Assembly: GCA_963662795.1 (NCBI GenBank)
Contig: OY759746.1
Span: 2,400,001-2,464,000, forward strand
Reading direction: 5' to 3'
Source: Spirochaetia bacterium
Lineage (GTDB): Bacteria; Spirochaetota; Spirochaetia; CADAEX01
DNA length: 64,000 nucleotides
Part shown: one piece after another, positions 30,969 through 41,274 of the stretch
Numbering within the stretch: the first letter of the stretch is position 1
Layout: each line of letters begins with the position of its first letter
The notes under the pieces: model-generated
What the model was told of the DNA's origin: nothing
What the model saw: only the letters and a program-made list of their open reading frames with translations
Database searches by the model: none
Program-made: the position numbers and the translations under genes

Positions 30969-32030
30969 ATGGAAAAATTTACCGTAAAGGCAGCTTCAGG
31001 ATCTACTGATGTATTAATCGGGGAAAAAACTGCCAATTTAAAAAACTATATCAGAGGCAGGAATACCATAATTATTACTGACAATAATGTGGCATCGCAC
31101 TATGGAAAGTTGTTTGAAGGATATAAAACGATTGTTATCAAAACTGGAGAAGACCACAAAAACCTTCAAAGTGTGGAATTTATTTATAAAAAGCTTTTTG
31201 AGTACGGCGCTGACAGGAGGAGTCTCGTAATCGGTATCGGTGGCGGTGTCGTAACAGATATTACCGGATTCGCATCCGCCACCTATATGCGGGGACTATC
31301 CTACGGTTTTGTCTCTACAACCCTGCTTGCCCAGGTAGATGCCAGTATAGGCGGCAAGAACGGTGTAAATTTCATGGGGGCTAAAAATATTATCGGCACT
31401 TTTACCCAGCCGGAATTTGTTGTAATTGATACCGATACCTTAAATACAATACCGGTAGAAGAGATTACAAGCGGGATGGGTGAGATACTTAAGCACTGCA
31501 TAATATCAGGCGGAAAAATATTTGATACTGCGTCCGATTCTGTATCCCCGGATAATACCGGAAGGATTAAAATAACTGGAAGCGGCGGAGAAGATCTTCT
31601 TCCGTTTTTCATAAGCGAATCCATAAAGATAAAGGCTGAAGTTGTTGCGAATGACGAAAGGGAATCTGGACAGAGGCGGATCCTTAATCTCGGCCACACA
31701 GTTGCCCATGCCATAGAGATCGGGGAAAAACTTCCTCACGGCATAGCTGTAATCAAGGGCATTAAATTCGCTTCAGATTTTTCTGTTGCGGAGGGGTTTC
31801 TCGATAAAAATGAAAGCATGAAAATAACAGCTCTTCTTAAAAAGACAGGAGTTGATCTGGAAATAAACGCGGAAAGAAAACAGATAATTAACCTCCTGCA
31901 GCATGATAAAAAGAAAGAGAACAGCGATATTTATTTTGTTTTTATCAGAAAACCGGGTGATGTGTTTTCCATGAAAATACGTCTTGAAAAACTTATAGGA
32001 GCTCTTGATGATTTGCGTATCGGTAGGTGA
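30969..32030 (+). CDS. aroB: 3-dehydroquinate synthase
   Basis: GGGVVTD, TTLLAQVDASIGGKNG, LNLGHT. Confidence 0.96.
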   Translation: MEKFTVKAASGSTDVLIGEKTANLKNYIRGRNTIIITDNNVASHYGKLFEGYKTIVIKTGEDHKNLQSVEFIYKKLFEYGADRRSLVIGIGGGVVTDITGFASATYMRGLSYGFVSTTLLAQVDASIGGKNGVNFMGAKNIIGTFTQPEFVVIDTDTLNTIPVEEITSGMGEILKHCIISGGKIFDTASDSVSPDNTGRIKITGSGGEDLLPFFISESIKIKAEVVANDERESGQRRILNLGHTVAHAIEIGEKLPHGIAVIKGIKFASDFSVAEGFLDKNESMKITALLKKTGVDLEINAERKQIINLLQHDKKKENSDIYFVFIRKPGDVFSMKIRLEKLIGALDDLRIGR

Positions 32031-32655
32031 AAAAGACTACAGGGAAGCGATCAGGGCTGCTTCTGCATTTGATTTTGCGGAAATAAGACTTGATCTGCTG
32101 GACTGTGTTGACTCTTTTGTCGCGAAAGAAATATTTTCGTCCCATAAAAAGCTTATAGCGACATACCGCAAAGGGACATCTGACGACGTGAAAAGAGTTG
32201 CGGTTCTTGAGACGGCTGTCAATAGCGGAGCCGCTTTTGTTGATGTTGATATTTCTGAGAGCCCCTCTTTTATATCTGCTGTTAAATCTTTCTGCAGGAA
32301 AAAGGTTTTTCTCATTATTTCGTATCACGATTTTAAGGAGACGCCCCCTTTGTCCGCTATTGACGGAATAATAGCCAGGGCTCTTGAAAACGGTGCTGAT
32401 GCGGTTAAAATTGCATGTACAGCTGAAAATAGTACTCATGTCGAGAGACTTTTAAGCCTGCCTGATTATTACAGTGATACAAGAATAATAATCGCGGGTA
32501 TGGGAAAAATGGGTAAAAGAGTGAGAATCCTGTCCGAAAGCGCCGGTAGCTGGTTTACCTATGCAAGTCTTCCCGGAAGAACAGCGACAGCGTCAGGGCA
32601 GCTTGATTATAATGAGCTCCTCATTGAGCAGGGGAGGCTTGGAAGTGACTGGTAG
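32008..32655 (+). CDS. aroD: Type I 3-dehydroquinate dehydratase
   Basis: EIRLD, IISYHDF, VKIA, GMG, ASGQ motifs; SD AGGAG. Confidence 0.92.
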   Translation: MICVSVGEKDYREAIRAASAFDFAEIRLDLLDCVDSFVAKEIFSSHKKLIATYRKGTSDDVKRVAVLETAVNSGAAFVDVDISESPSFISAVKSFCRKKVFLIISYHDFKETPPLSAIDGIIARALENGADAVKIACTAENSTHVERLLSLPDYYSDTRIIIAGMGKMGKRVRILSESAGSWFTYASLPGRTATASGQLDYNELLIEQGRLGSDW

Positions 32656-33991
32656 TATCCGCCTTGCCGTAACAGGAAATCCGTGCGCCCACAGTAAAAG
32701 CCCTCAGATTTTCAGGAAATTTCTGGATTATAAGGGCCTTGACGGATTTTATTCCCGTATCGCGGCAGATACGCTTGATGAGGCAGTAAAGACCGCTCTC
32801 ATAACCGGCATAACAGGCCTTAATGTTACATCCCCGTTCAAGGAAAAGGCGGCTGAAATATCTGATACTGCAGAAGAAGCTGTAGTAAACCTGAAGGCGG
32901 CAAATACCCTTAAGCTGGTAAAAAAAGATTCCGGCTGGCCTGGCATATCTGCATTCAATACAGATTATTTGGGAGTATATGAATCTGTTAAAAAAGCTTC
33001 CGGCATTATAAATGGAAAAACAGCGTTTGTTCTGGGCGCGGGGGGCGCGGGCATTGCCGCGGCCTGGGGTTTAAGCCGTGCCGGTTTTAATGTAACGGTA
33101 TTTAACAGGACACTTGAGAAAGCAGAAGGGAGAACAGGATGGATTGCAAACTGCAGAGCGGAAAAACTTGATAATGTAAATGCCCTTGCCGGGGACGCCG
33201 ACATAATTGTCAACGCCCTTCCCCTGGATAAGCTCTTTATTGATGCGGGGAGAATAAAAAAAGGCGCTGTTTTGTTTGATGCCAATTACAGAAACAGCCC
33301 GCTCAGGTTATCTGCGGGCCCTTCTGCCCGAACCCAAACGGAAAAGGATATTTCTGTAATCTCAGGGCTTAAGTGGCTGGTTAATCAGGCTGGTTTTGCA
33401 TTTGAGATTTTTACCGGCAGCAAACTGCCTGAAAACTTCAGTGAGCTTGTGGCAGATGATGATCTTGAAACTGAAAAAATAAATAACATCTCTCTTGTCG
33501 GGTTTATGGGATCAGGCAAGAGTACAACAGGAAAGTATCTTGCTGAACGTTTATCCAGGGGTTTTATAGATATCGATTCTGAAATTGAAAAGAGAGAGAA
33601 AATGAGCATTTCTGAAATTTTCAAAAACAGGGGAGAGGCCTGTTTCAGGGATATTGAAAAGAACATGATCAGGGCTGTTTTTGAACAGGAAAAAGGGAAA
33701 GTTATCTCCTGCGGCGGCGGCGCTGTAGCGGATAGCGTAAACAGGGATGTAATCAAGAAGCGCAGTTTTCCTGTCTGGCTTGCATCCCCTCCTGAAATAT
33801 CTGCCGCCAGAATAACAGACAGGTCGAGGCCTCTTTTAAACAATGAGAGGAGAATGGAAGACGCGGTAAAACTCTACACCGAGAGAATGGATTATTACGG
33901 ATTTACATCGCAGCTTATAATTAATACGTCTGAAAGGGGGGCGCAAAGCGCAGCGGGAAAAATATATGAAGAAATCAGTCACATGTTCTGA
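32645..33991 (+). CDS. aroE: Fused shikimate dehydrogenase-shikimate kinase (AroE-AroK)
   Basis: HSKSP, NVTSPFK, NTD, GAGGA, then GFMGSGKST, SCGGG, RPLL; GTG 32645 preferred start. Confidence 0.92.
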   Translation: MTGSIRLAVTGNPCAHSKSPQIFRKFLDYKGLDGFYSRIAADTLDEAVKTALITGITGLNVTSPFKEKAAEISDTAEEAVVNLKAANTLKLVKKDSGWPGISAFNTDYLGVYESVKKASGIINGKTAFVLGAGGAGIAAAWGLSRAGFNVTVFNRTLEKAEGRTGWIANCRAEKLDNVNALAGDADIIVNALPLDKLFIDAGRIKKGAVLFDANYRNSPLRLSAGPSARTQTEKDISVISGLKWLVNQAGFAFEIFTGSKLPENFSELVADDDLETEKINNISLVGFMGSGKSTTGKYLAERLSRGFIDIDSEIEKREKMSISEIFKNRGEACFRDIEKNMIRAVFEQEKGKVISCGGGAVADSVNRDVIKKRSFPVWLASPPEISAARITDRSRPLLNNERRMEDAVKLYTERMDYYGFTSQLIINTSERGAQSAAGKIYEEISHMF

Positions 33992-35267
33992 AATCAGGGG
34001 ACATATCAGGGCCCCGTCATCAAAAAGCTCTCTCCAGAGACTTGTTGCTTTTTCATGGCTTGCAGCCGGAGAGACGGAAATACTTAATCCTGATTACTGC
34101 AGCGATGTGGTTTCAGCTATTGGAGTAATTGAAAAACTCGGTGCTTCTGTTTCAAGGGGGAGTTCTTCACTTATTATTAATAGCTCAAGGGAAGGGCATA
34201 CTGCCCCTTCCTTACAGAGTTCCGGAGATTCACAAAACATTATCAGGCTTGACTGCGGCGAGTCAGGCCTTGCCATAAGGATGTTTTCCCCTCTTGTCTC
34301 CCTTTTGGAAGGAACTTATGAACTTGCGGCTGGAGGCTCCCTGATGAGCCGGCCGACCGGAATGATAACAAAAACGCTGTCTGCGTTTGGTGTAAAGATA
34401 TCTGATAACGGCGGCTTTCCGCCTGTAAGGATCAGCGGCCCGCTTCCGGGCGGGAATGCGGTTATCGACGGATCTTTAAGCTCCCAGATACTGACAGGCC
34501 TTCTCGCAGCTCTTCCCGCCGCTGCCAATGATTCCGAGGTAAAGGTTTTAAACCTTAAAAGCAGGCCGTACATAGATATGACAATTGAACTTGCCTCAAG
34601 ATTCGGGTGCAGCATTGAAAACAGCAGTTATGAAGTTTTCAGAGTAAAAGGGAGACAGAAATACAAATCCCCGGGCAGAATCGAAGCTGAAGGAGACTGG
34701 TCATCAGCCGCGTTTCTCCTTGCCGCAGGAGCGCTTGCAGGCGAGGTAAGGGTGAAAAACTTAAGGCCGGACTCTAAACAGGCTGACAGGGCTGTTATGG
34801 AGGTTCTCAAGGTATGTGGAGCGGATATTATAACAGGAGACGGGTATATTGAAGCCAGAAACCCGGGAAAACCGCTTTCCGCTTTTGAGTTTGACGCAAC
34901 AGATTCGCCGGATCTTTTTCCCCCCCTCGCAGCTCTGGCCTCCCGGTGCCGCGGTACTTCTGTTATACATGGGGCAGAAAGGCTTAAACATAAGGAATCA
35001 GACCGCGAAACAAGCCTTATAACGGAATTCGCAAAAGGCGGAGTAAAGATAGAATCTGACGGCAGAACAATGAAAATAACCGGCGGCAGCGGAATAAGGG
35101 GTTTCAGCGGAGATTCCCATAACGACCACAGGATAGCAATGGCACTTGCTGTTTCCGCTCTTGCAGGCAGCGGAAAAGTTGAAATTGAGAATGCACAGGC
35201 GGTTTCCAAATCATGGCCCGGGTTTTTTGAAGATTTGAAAAGTATAGGGGGAAATATAGATGAATAG
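33966..35267 (+). CDS. aroA: EPSP synthase
   Basis: PSSKS, DCGESG, SSQ, KESDR, DHRIAMA. Confidence 0.96.
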   Translation: MKKSVTCSEIRGHIRAPSSKSSLQRLVAFSWLAAGETEILNPDYCSDVVSAIGVIEKLGASVSRGSSSLIINSSREGHTAPSLQSSGDSQNIIRLDCGESGLAIRMFSPLVSLLEGTYELAAGGSLMSRPTGMITKTLSAFGVKISDNGGFPPVRISGPLPGGNAVIDGSLSSQILTGLLAALPAAANDSEVKVLNLKSRPYIDMTIELASRFGCSIENSSYEVFRVKGRQKYKSPGRIEAEGDWSSAAFLLAAGALAGEVRVKNLRPDSKQADRAVMEVLKVCGADIITGDGYIEARNPGKPLSAFEFDATDSPDLFPPLAALASRCRGTSVIHGAERLKHKESDRETSLITEFAKGGVKIESDGRTMKITGGSGIRGFSGDSHNDHRIAMALAVSALAGSGKVEIENAQAVSKSWPGFFEDLKSIGGNIDE

Positions 35268-36249
35268 TTTTGGACGGATATTCAGGGTTTCCATTTTCGG
35301 CGAATCTCATGGAGCAGGAGCAGGCATAGTTATTGACGGCTGCCCGCCGGGAATTCCCGTAACTGATGATGATTTTGAAAAGGACCTTGCACGCAGAAGG
35401 TCCGGGGCAGACGGCACGACTCCACGGAAAGAAAGCGATATTCCTGAGATTATATCAGGTTTTTTCAACGGCAGAACAACCGGTGCGCCTGTTACAATCC
35501 TCTTCCGCAACAGCGATACAAGATCTTCCGATTATTCACAATTCAGGACAATGCCCCGCCCGGGTCATGCCGACTTTACATCAAATCTAAAATATAAGGG
35601 CTACAATGACATGAGGGGGAGCGGTCACTTTTCCGGGCGTATTACTGTAGGCCTTGTGGCGGCAGGTGTAATAGCAAAAAAAATCATGAAAAATGTTGAT
35701 ATTTCAGCAGCGCTTGTCGAGGCCGGAGGGAGGCGGGATATCAAAAAAGCGGTCAGCGAAGCTGCTTCCGATAACGATTCTGTAGGAGGAATTATAGAAT
35801 GCAGAATTCGGAATATGACTCAAGGGTTGGGTGAGCCCTTTTTTGATTCCTTTGAATCAGTCCTGAGCCATATTATATTTGCAGTTCCGGGAGTAAGGGG
35901 CCTTGAGTTCGGGTCAGGTTTTAAGGCTGCCGCAATGAGGGGAAGCGAACATAATGATAATTTTATTTCTTTTAACGGAAAAACAGAAACAAACAATCAT
36001 GCAGGCATCAACGGCGGCATTACAAACGGGAATGAAATATTTTTCCGCCTTGCCATGAAACCTACTTCAAGCATAGCAAAGACGCAGATTACATTTAACA
36101 TGGAAAAAAAGGAAATGGGAGAACTTAGAGCGGAAGGACGGCATGATACCAGTTTTGCGCTCAGGGTTCCCCCTGTTATTGAGGCAGCAACAGCAATTGC
36201 GGCGGCCGATCTTTTTCTGATAAACAGGATTTATCAGGATATACAATAA
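35260..36249 (+). CDS. aroC: Chorismate synthase
   Basis: GESHG, RPGHAD, GGITNG, KPTSSI, GRHD. Confidence 0.96.
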   Translation: MNSFGRIFRVSIFGESHGAGAGIVIDGCPPGIPVTDDDFEKDLARRRSGADGTTPRKESDIPEIISGFFNGRTTGAPVTILFRNSDTRSSDYSQFRTMPRPGHADFTSNLKYKGYNDMRGSGHFSGRITVGLVAAGVIAKKIMKNVDISAALVEAGGRRDIKKAVSEAASDNDSVGGIIECRIRNMTQGLGEPFFDSFESVLSHIIFAVPGVRGLEFGSGFKAAAMRGSEHNDNFISFNGKTETNNHAGINGGITNGNEIFFRLAMKPTSSIAKTQITFNMEKKEMGELRAEGRHDTSFALRVPPVIEAATAIAAADLFLINRIYQDIQ

Positions 36250-36272
36250 AAAGAAAAAACGGAGGTATTGAT

Positions 36273-37328
36273 ATGAAACTCGAAATGCTTAGGGAAAACA
36301 TCGACAGAATTGACCAGCAGATATTGAAACTTCTTAATGACAGAATGGAACAGGCTGTGATGACAAGGAAATTCAAGAAAAACACAGAAGATGATGAACG
36401 GGAAAAAATTGTCCTTAAAAAAATATATGACAATTCACATGGCCTGCTTAAGGGAGATTTTACAGATAAAATCTATAAAATAATAATTGAGGAAAGCAAA
36501 AAACTTCAGAATATTCCCTGTACTGTTATAGGTTTTCAGGGGGAGCATGGCGCCTACAGTGAAGAGGCTGCGAAAAAATGGGATAAAAACGGCGTTACTG
36601 TCCCTTGCCTGGAATTCGAGGATGTATTTGAAGGGGTTGAGGCGGGGCTTTATGATTACGGTCTTGTCCCGGTAGAAAATAACCTTGGAGGAATAGTTGG
36701 AGAAGTAAATAGTCTGCTTCTGAAAAAAGATCTTAAAGTTGTGGCCGCGGTTGAAATGGCGGTTTTTCATTGCCTTATGATACTTCCCGGTTCAGATTAC
36801 AGGGAAGTGAGAAACGCATTTTCCCATAGCCAGGCGCTCTCCCAGTGCAGGGATTTTTTAAACAGGAACAAGCTTGAGCCTTCCCCTTACTACGATACTG
36901 CCGGGGCTGCGCGGATGATATCAAGAAAGCAGCTGAAAGGTTCTGCCGCGATTGCAAGCAGACTTGCGGCCAACCTCTACGGCCTTGAGATAATCAAGGA
37001 GAATATTCAGGACAGGGATGACAACAAAACAAGATTTTTTATAATCTCAAAGGCTGACGACAGAAAAACAAAGGGAAGCAAATGTTCAATAGTATTTTCT
37101 ACAGAGCATAAAACCGGCTCTCTTTTTAAAACCCTGAATATCTTTGCAGAAGCCGGGATTAACCTGACAAGGATAGAATCCGTTCCCTCAGCGCCTGGTG
37201 AGTTCGCTTTTTTCCTTGATTTTCAGATTAAGGAAGATGACCCGGCAGTAAAGGTTTTGTTTGATAAACTAAAAGAAGCCACAACAGGATTTAAAGTTCT
37301 TGGTTTTTACAATGAAAAGACAATATAG
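36273..37328 (+). CDS. pheA: Chorismate mutase / prephenate dehydratase (P-protein) with ACT domain
   Basis: LRENIDRIDQQIL, FQGEHGAYSE, VPVEN, NKTRF, INLTRIES. Confidence 0.95.
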   Translation: MKLEMLRENIDRIDQQILKLLNDRMEQAVMTRKFKKNTEDDEREKIVLKKIYDNSHGLLKGDFTDKIYKIIIEESKKLQNIPCTVIGFQGEHGAYSEEAAKKWDKNGVTVPCLEFEDVFEGVEAGLYDYGLVPVENNLGGIVGEVNSLLLKKDLKVVAAVEMAVFHCLMILPGSDYREVRNAFSHSQALSQCRDFLNRNKLEPSPYYDTAGAARMISRKQLKGSAAIASRLAANLYGLEIIKENIQDRDDNKTRFFIISKADDRKTKGSKCSIVFSTEHKTGSLFKTLNIFAEAGINLTRIESVPSAPGEFAFFLDFQIKEDDPAVKVLFDKLKEATTGFKVLGFYNEKTI

Positions 37329-37348
37329 GGAATAAAAGGAGAAATATT

Positions 37349-38125
37349 ATGAAAATATTAATAATCGGGACCGGGCATATCGGTTCCTGGCTTTGCGAGG
37401 AACTATGCCACGACCATGATGTTGCTGTTTATGACAGGGATCCCAGAAAGATGAAATATTTCATTAATGTAAAGCGGTTCATGGATCTGAAAGAGACAAA
37501 AGAATTTAATCCCGGTATTGTGATAAATTGTGTAAGCCTTAACGGAACAATTGAAGCCTTTGAATCTGTAATTCCTTTCCTTTCAAAAAAATGCATACTG
37601 GCAGACACCGCATCAGTAAAAACAGGGTTAGAGGAGTTTTACAAAAAAATAAAAATGCCGTTTGTCTCGACCCACCCGATGTTCGGCCCTACATTTGCCA
37701 ACATAAGGGATCTCAGCAATGAAAACGCGATTATTATAAGTGAGTCCGGCAAGGCGGGGACAACCTTTTTTGAAACGCTGTACAGGGAATTGAATCTCAA
37801 TATTTTCTATAACAGTTTTAAAGAGCATGACAGCACGATAGCATATTCACTTTCTATCCCTTTTGCCTCAACCATGGTTTTTGCAGCATGTATGGAAAAG
37901 CATGAGGCACCGGGAACAACTTTCCGTAAACATATGGATATTGCCAAAGGGCTCCTTAGCGAGGATGATCACCTGCTTACCGAAATAATGTTCAATAATT
38001 ATACAATAGACCAGTTGCGGAATATAAACTCACAGCTCACCTATCTTACCCACATTATCAGCGCAAGGGACCATGAAGAGATGGGCAAGTTTCTTAAAAA
38101 ACTAAGAAACAATATTTTTACTTGA
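37349..38125 (+). CDS. tyrA: Prephenate dehydrogenase
   Basis: GTGHIG Rossmann motif, DTASVK, HPMFGP, EHD. Confidence 0.92.
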   Translation: MKILIIGTGHIGSWLCEELCHDHDVAVYDRDPRKMKYFINVKRFMDLKETKEFNPGIVINCVSLNGTIEAFESVIPFLSKKCILADTASVKTGLEEFYKKIKMPFVSTHPMFGPTFANIRDLSNENAIIISESGKAGTTFFETLYRELNLNIFYNSFKEHDSTIAYSLSIPFASTMVFAACMEKHEAPGTTFRKHMDIAKGLLSEDDHLLTEIMFNNYTIDQLRNINSQLTYLTHIISARDHEEMGKFLKKLRNNIFT

Positions 38126-38150
38126 CCTCAAAGAGCCGGACGAATATGAT
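38122..38150 (+). promoter_or_regulatory. Sigma70 promoter, probably leaderless transcript
   Basis: TTGACC-N17-TATGAT; ATG 6 nt after the -10 box; no SD. Confidence 0.7.
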
Positions 38151-38156
38151 TTATTT

Positions 38157-38846
38157 ATGCGTTCCCTGATCGTTTTTTTTGTTCTGTTGTTATCTCCTTA
38201 CGTTTCAGTTTCAGGGGAAAGCACGGAATATATAAGAAATATTCCCTCATTTTCAAGAATTGAACTGACCGGCAGATTCAATGCAGTTCTTGAGGAAACC
38301 CGGCAGTCAGGCAGTATTTCCATAACGGCAAGTTCAGGGAGCTCCGATGATATTGAAACTACAGTATCGGGAGATAAACTGATCGTTTCCAAAAGCAGCG
38401 GAATATACCAGCCCAGGAATATTACAGTTAAAATAACGCCGGCACAGTTGATTACAGAACTTTCAGCTTCATCCGGGGTTCTTGTAAAATCCTACAGAAA
38501 TGTTTTTTCCGTGAAATCGGAAATCAGGGCTGATTCAGGTTCTGCAATGGAATTATTTACTGAATCTTCTGATCTGCTGATAAACTGCGGAAGAAATTCG
38601 AAAATCAAAATCAGGGGAAAATCCGAAAATCTTGAAGCCCGTGCTTCAAATGGCGGGGAAATAGATGCATTTCTTCTTGAAGCTTCAAAATGCTTTGCGC
38701 ATTCATATACAGGCAGTATAATAAAAGTGAATGTTGACAGGCATCTTGAGGCCGGAGCAGGACTGGAGTCAGCTGTCTATTATAAGGGTGATCCTGTCTT
38801 CGTTTATCTGTCTGAAGCTTTGGGCGGAAAATATATTAAAGAATAG
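38157..38846 (+). CDS. DUF2807 / head GIN domain exported protein
   Basis: Signal peptide; FSRIEL, ASSG/ASNGG beta-helix-like repeats, VYYKGDP ending. Confidence 0.8.
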   Translation: MRSLIVFFVLLLSPYVSVSGESTEYIRNIPSFSRIELTGRFNAVLEETRQSGSISITASSGSSDDIETTVSGDKLIVSKSSGIYQPRNITVKITPAQLITELSASSGVLVKSYRNVFSVKSEIRADSGSAMELFTESSDLLINCGRNSKIKIRGKSENLEARASNGGEIDAFLLEASKCFAHSYTGSIIKVNVDRHLEAGAGLESAVYYKGDPVFVYLSEALGGKYIKE

Positions 38847-38867
38847 GTTTGTTGTCAGGAGGAAAAA

Positions 38868-39503
38868 ATGGACGCCAAAAAAATGTATTATGCGGCTGTA
38901 TCTGAAAAAGTCTTGAAACACTTTGAGAGAAGGGGGATTGAGGGGCACTATTTTGATAATTCAAAACTGCTTCTTGATTTTTTAAAAGAGCTTATTCCTG
39001 AGAATTCTGTTGTATCCTGGGGCGGTTCAATGACCCTGGAAGAGACCGGTACGATGGATTTATTAAAATCAGGAAAATATAAAGCTATAGACCGGGAAAC
39101 TGCTGATACTCCGGAAAAACTTATTCAGGCCTACAGGGATGCTCTTTCATCAGATTATTATTTTATGAGTTCCAGTGCAATAACAATGGACGGGAAGCTT
39201 TTGAATATAGATGGTACCGGCAACAGGGTAGCGGCTATTTGCTGCGGTCCCTCTTATGTCGTGGTTGTGGCGGGAATGAACAAAATCGCAACAGATGAAG
39301 AAGCCGCTATGGATAGAATTAAAAACTATGCCGCACCGCTTAATGTCATGAGACTCTCTAAAAATACACCCTGCGCATCAACCGGCAAATGCGAGCACTG
39401 CGTTTCACCTGCGTCTATCTGCAGCCACACAGTAATTACAAGACGCTCCGCGGTAATTGGAAGAATAAAGGTATTGCTTGTAGGAGAAGATCTGGGATTT
39501 TAA
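38868..39503 (+). CDS. LUD (lactate utilization) domain protein
   Basis: WGGSMTL, LLNIDGTGNRVAA, Cys-rich C-terminus, VGEDLGF. Confidence 0.88.
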   Translation: MDAKKMYYAAVSEKVLKHFERRGIEGHYFDNSKLLLDFLKELIPENSVVSWGGSMTLEETGTMDLLKSGKYKAIDRETADTPEKLIQAYRDALSSDYYFMSSSAITMDGKLLNIDGTGNRVAAICCGPSYVVVVAGMNKIATDEEAAMDRIKNYAAPLNVMRLSKNTPCASTGKCEHCVSPASICSHTVITRRSAVIGRIKVLLVGEDLGF

Positions 39504-39551
39504 AAAATAATTGGCAGCAGCGGGACAGGATGACCTGAGCGATGCCCCTGT

Positions 39552-41105
39552 CTATTTACCGCCCTTTATTGTGTATCCGAAACTGCATGCAATATAGCTT
39601 GCGATAAAATCTTCTTCCGGGGCTGAAGACTCAAACCAGCTGTAAAAATCCCTGCTGTATCTAAAATCTAGAAAGAAAAGGCTGCTGTTAAGCGGGAACT
39701 CAAGAGAGCCTCCTGCAAGCCATGAGCTGTTTGCCATCCTGAGAAGTCCTTCATCATATTCTGAGCCGGATGAAGTTCCTGTTGCCTTATCTGTAATATC
39801 GACCTTCATCACAGTTGTCCTGTATTTAAGCGCGGCACCTGCATAAAATTTTAAAAGATGCGACGGTATTCTGTAATATACTATAAGGGGAAATTCAATA
39901 TACCAGGCGGAAGTTTCCATTTCTGAAGAATCGGCAAGCGGGTAGCCGCTGTCAAAGGATGCAGGTATCTTCTGATTGTAAAAATTAAACTCTCCCTGAA
40001 TACCTGAGGATTCAAATATATCGGCGGAACAGAAAAATCCTCCCCCGAAAGATGAACTGCTTTGTCCCTGCGGTTTACTGCCCGCCATGTCCCAGTCTGA
40101 GATATCGTATGTGCTTGTCAGAACCATTGTTTTTAATCCGGCAGAATAGGGCAGGTCAGCTGCTGTAAGACCTCTGCTCAGGCCCCATTCACTCATATTT
40201 TTCTTCCATATTTCATATTTGGCAGCAATATCATTCTTTTTATCGACTGCTGAAGAGCAGAAAGATGGATCTTCGAGCAGACTGAGCACTGAGTCAAAAG
40301 CAGCAGCTACTCTCCTGCTTTTAAATTTATCATCTGAGTAGAGGTCAATAGGTTTTTCATACCTGCTGATAAGCCTTTTTTCCTTTTCTGTTAAGGAAGG
40401 TATTTCAAATTCAATACTTACCCTGTCTTCAGGTTTAAGGATAATGGCTATATCTGCAAGAATTAACCCGCTTCCCATCCTGTTCTGGAGAATCCTGATA
40501 TTCCTGCTGCCGGAGACAAGATAATCAATATATTCAATATTTCTTCCAATATTGACACCGTCAATGAACAATGTGTAGGAACCGTCATCCTGACCTCTGT
40601 TGACAAATGAAATTGATGCAAAAGAGACATTTTCATGTGTAAAGAACCTGAAAACTTCCCTGAAAATATTATCCATGGAGGTCCGCAGTTTTGCCGGTGT
40701 TTCCGCAGTCTCCCTGACAGAAAGATGTCCGCCATTATGAGTTGCGTTGAATATGCTTACCTCAATAGTTATATCCCTGCCGGTTTTTGTAACATTCCCG
40801 TATATAAGATAGCTTAAATTGTTTTCGCCGCAGTATTCATACATTCCGCTTTCATCAGCAAACTGTTTCCCGTCATTGCTGATGAAAGTCCTGAATTTTC
40901 CTGTGAGATCAAGATTTCTGATTAATGTTTCCTCAATCAGTTCTGATGTCCTGTCTATTGAGGAAAGGCCTGTCATGTTTTTTATTCCGGACACTGCTAT
41001 TACAGGCAGGATTTCAGGTTTCCGGACCGTCTGCTGTGCGCTTGAATTACCTATTAAATAAACAAGATTCAGGAAAAATATTATAATTATACTGCTTTTT
41101 TTCAT
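39552..41105 (-). CDS. Exported protein: TolB-N/PEGA-like regions and C-terminal beta-barrel-like domain
   Basis: Signal peptide; IAVSGIKN, LFIDG; C-terminal amphipathic strands YIEFPL...FLDFRY...SFGYTI. Confidence 0.65.
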   Translation of the reverse strand: MKKSSIIIIFFLNLVYLIGNSSAQQTVRKPEILPVIAVSGIKNMTGLSSIDRTSELIEETLIRNLDLTGKFRTFISNDGKQFADESGMYEYCGENNLSYLIYGNVTKTGRDITIEVSIFNATHNGGHLSVRETAETPAKLRTSMDNIFREVFRFFTHENVSFASISFVNRGQDDGSYTLFIDGVNIGRNIEYIDYLVSGSRNIRILQNRMGSGLILADIAIILKPEDRVSIEFEIPSLTEKEKRLISRYEKPIDLYSDDKFKSRRVAAAFDSVLSLLEDPSFCSSAVDKKNDIAAKYEIWKKNMSEWGLSRGLTAADLPYSAGLKTMVLTSTYDISDWDMAGSKPQGQSSSSFGGGFFCSADIFESSGIQGEFNFYNQKIPASFDSGYPLADSSEMETSAWYIEFPLIVYYRIPSHLLKFYAGAALKYRTTVMKVDITDKATGTSSGSEYDEGLLRMANSSWLAGGSLEFPLNSSLFFLDFRYSRDFYSWFESSAPEEDFIASYIACSFGYTIKGGK

Positions 41106-41274
41106 AACTAATTTAGATTATCGGTAATACTCATCCAGATGTCAATAACACTTATTTTAAGGAATAATATATAAACAGCATTGAAAAAAATGTTTATTTT
41201 TTACAGAACCTAATATATGATTGACAGCATCAAAACTTTTTTTATTACATTTCACATAACAAGGAATCCATTGT

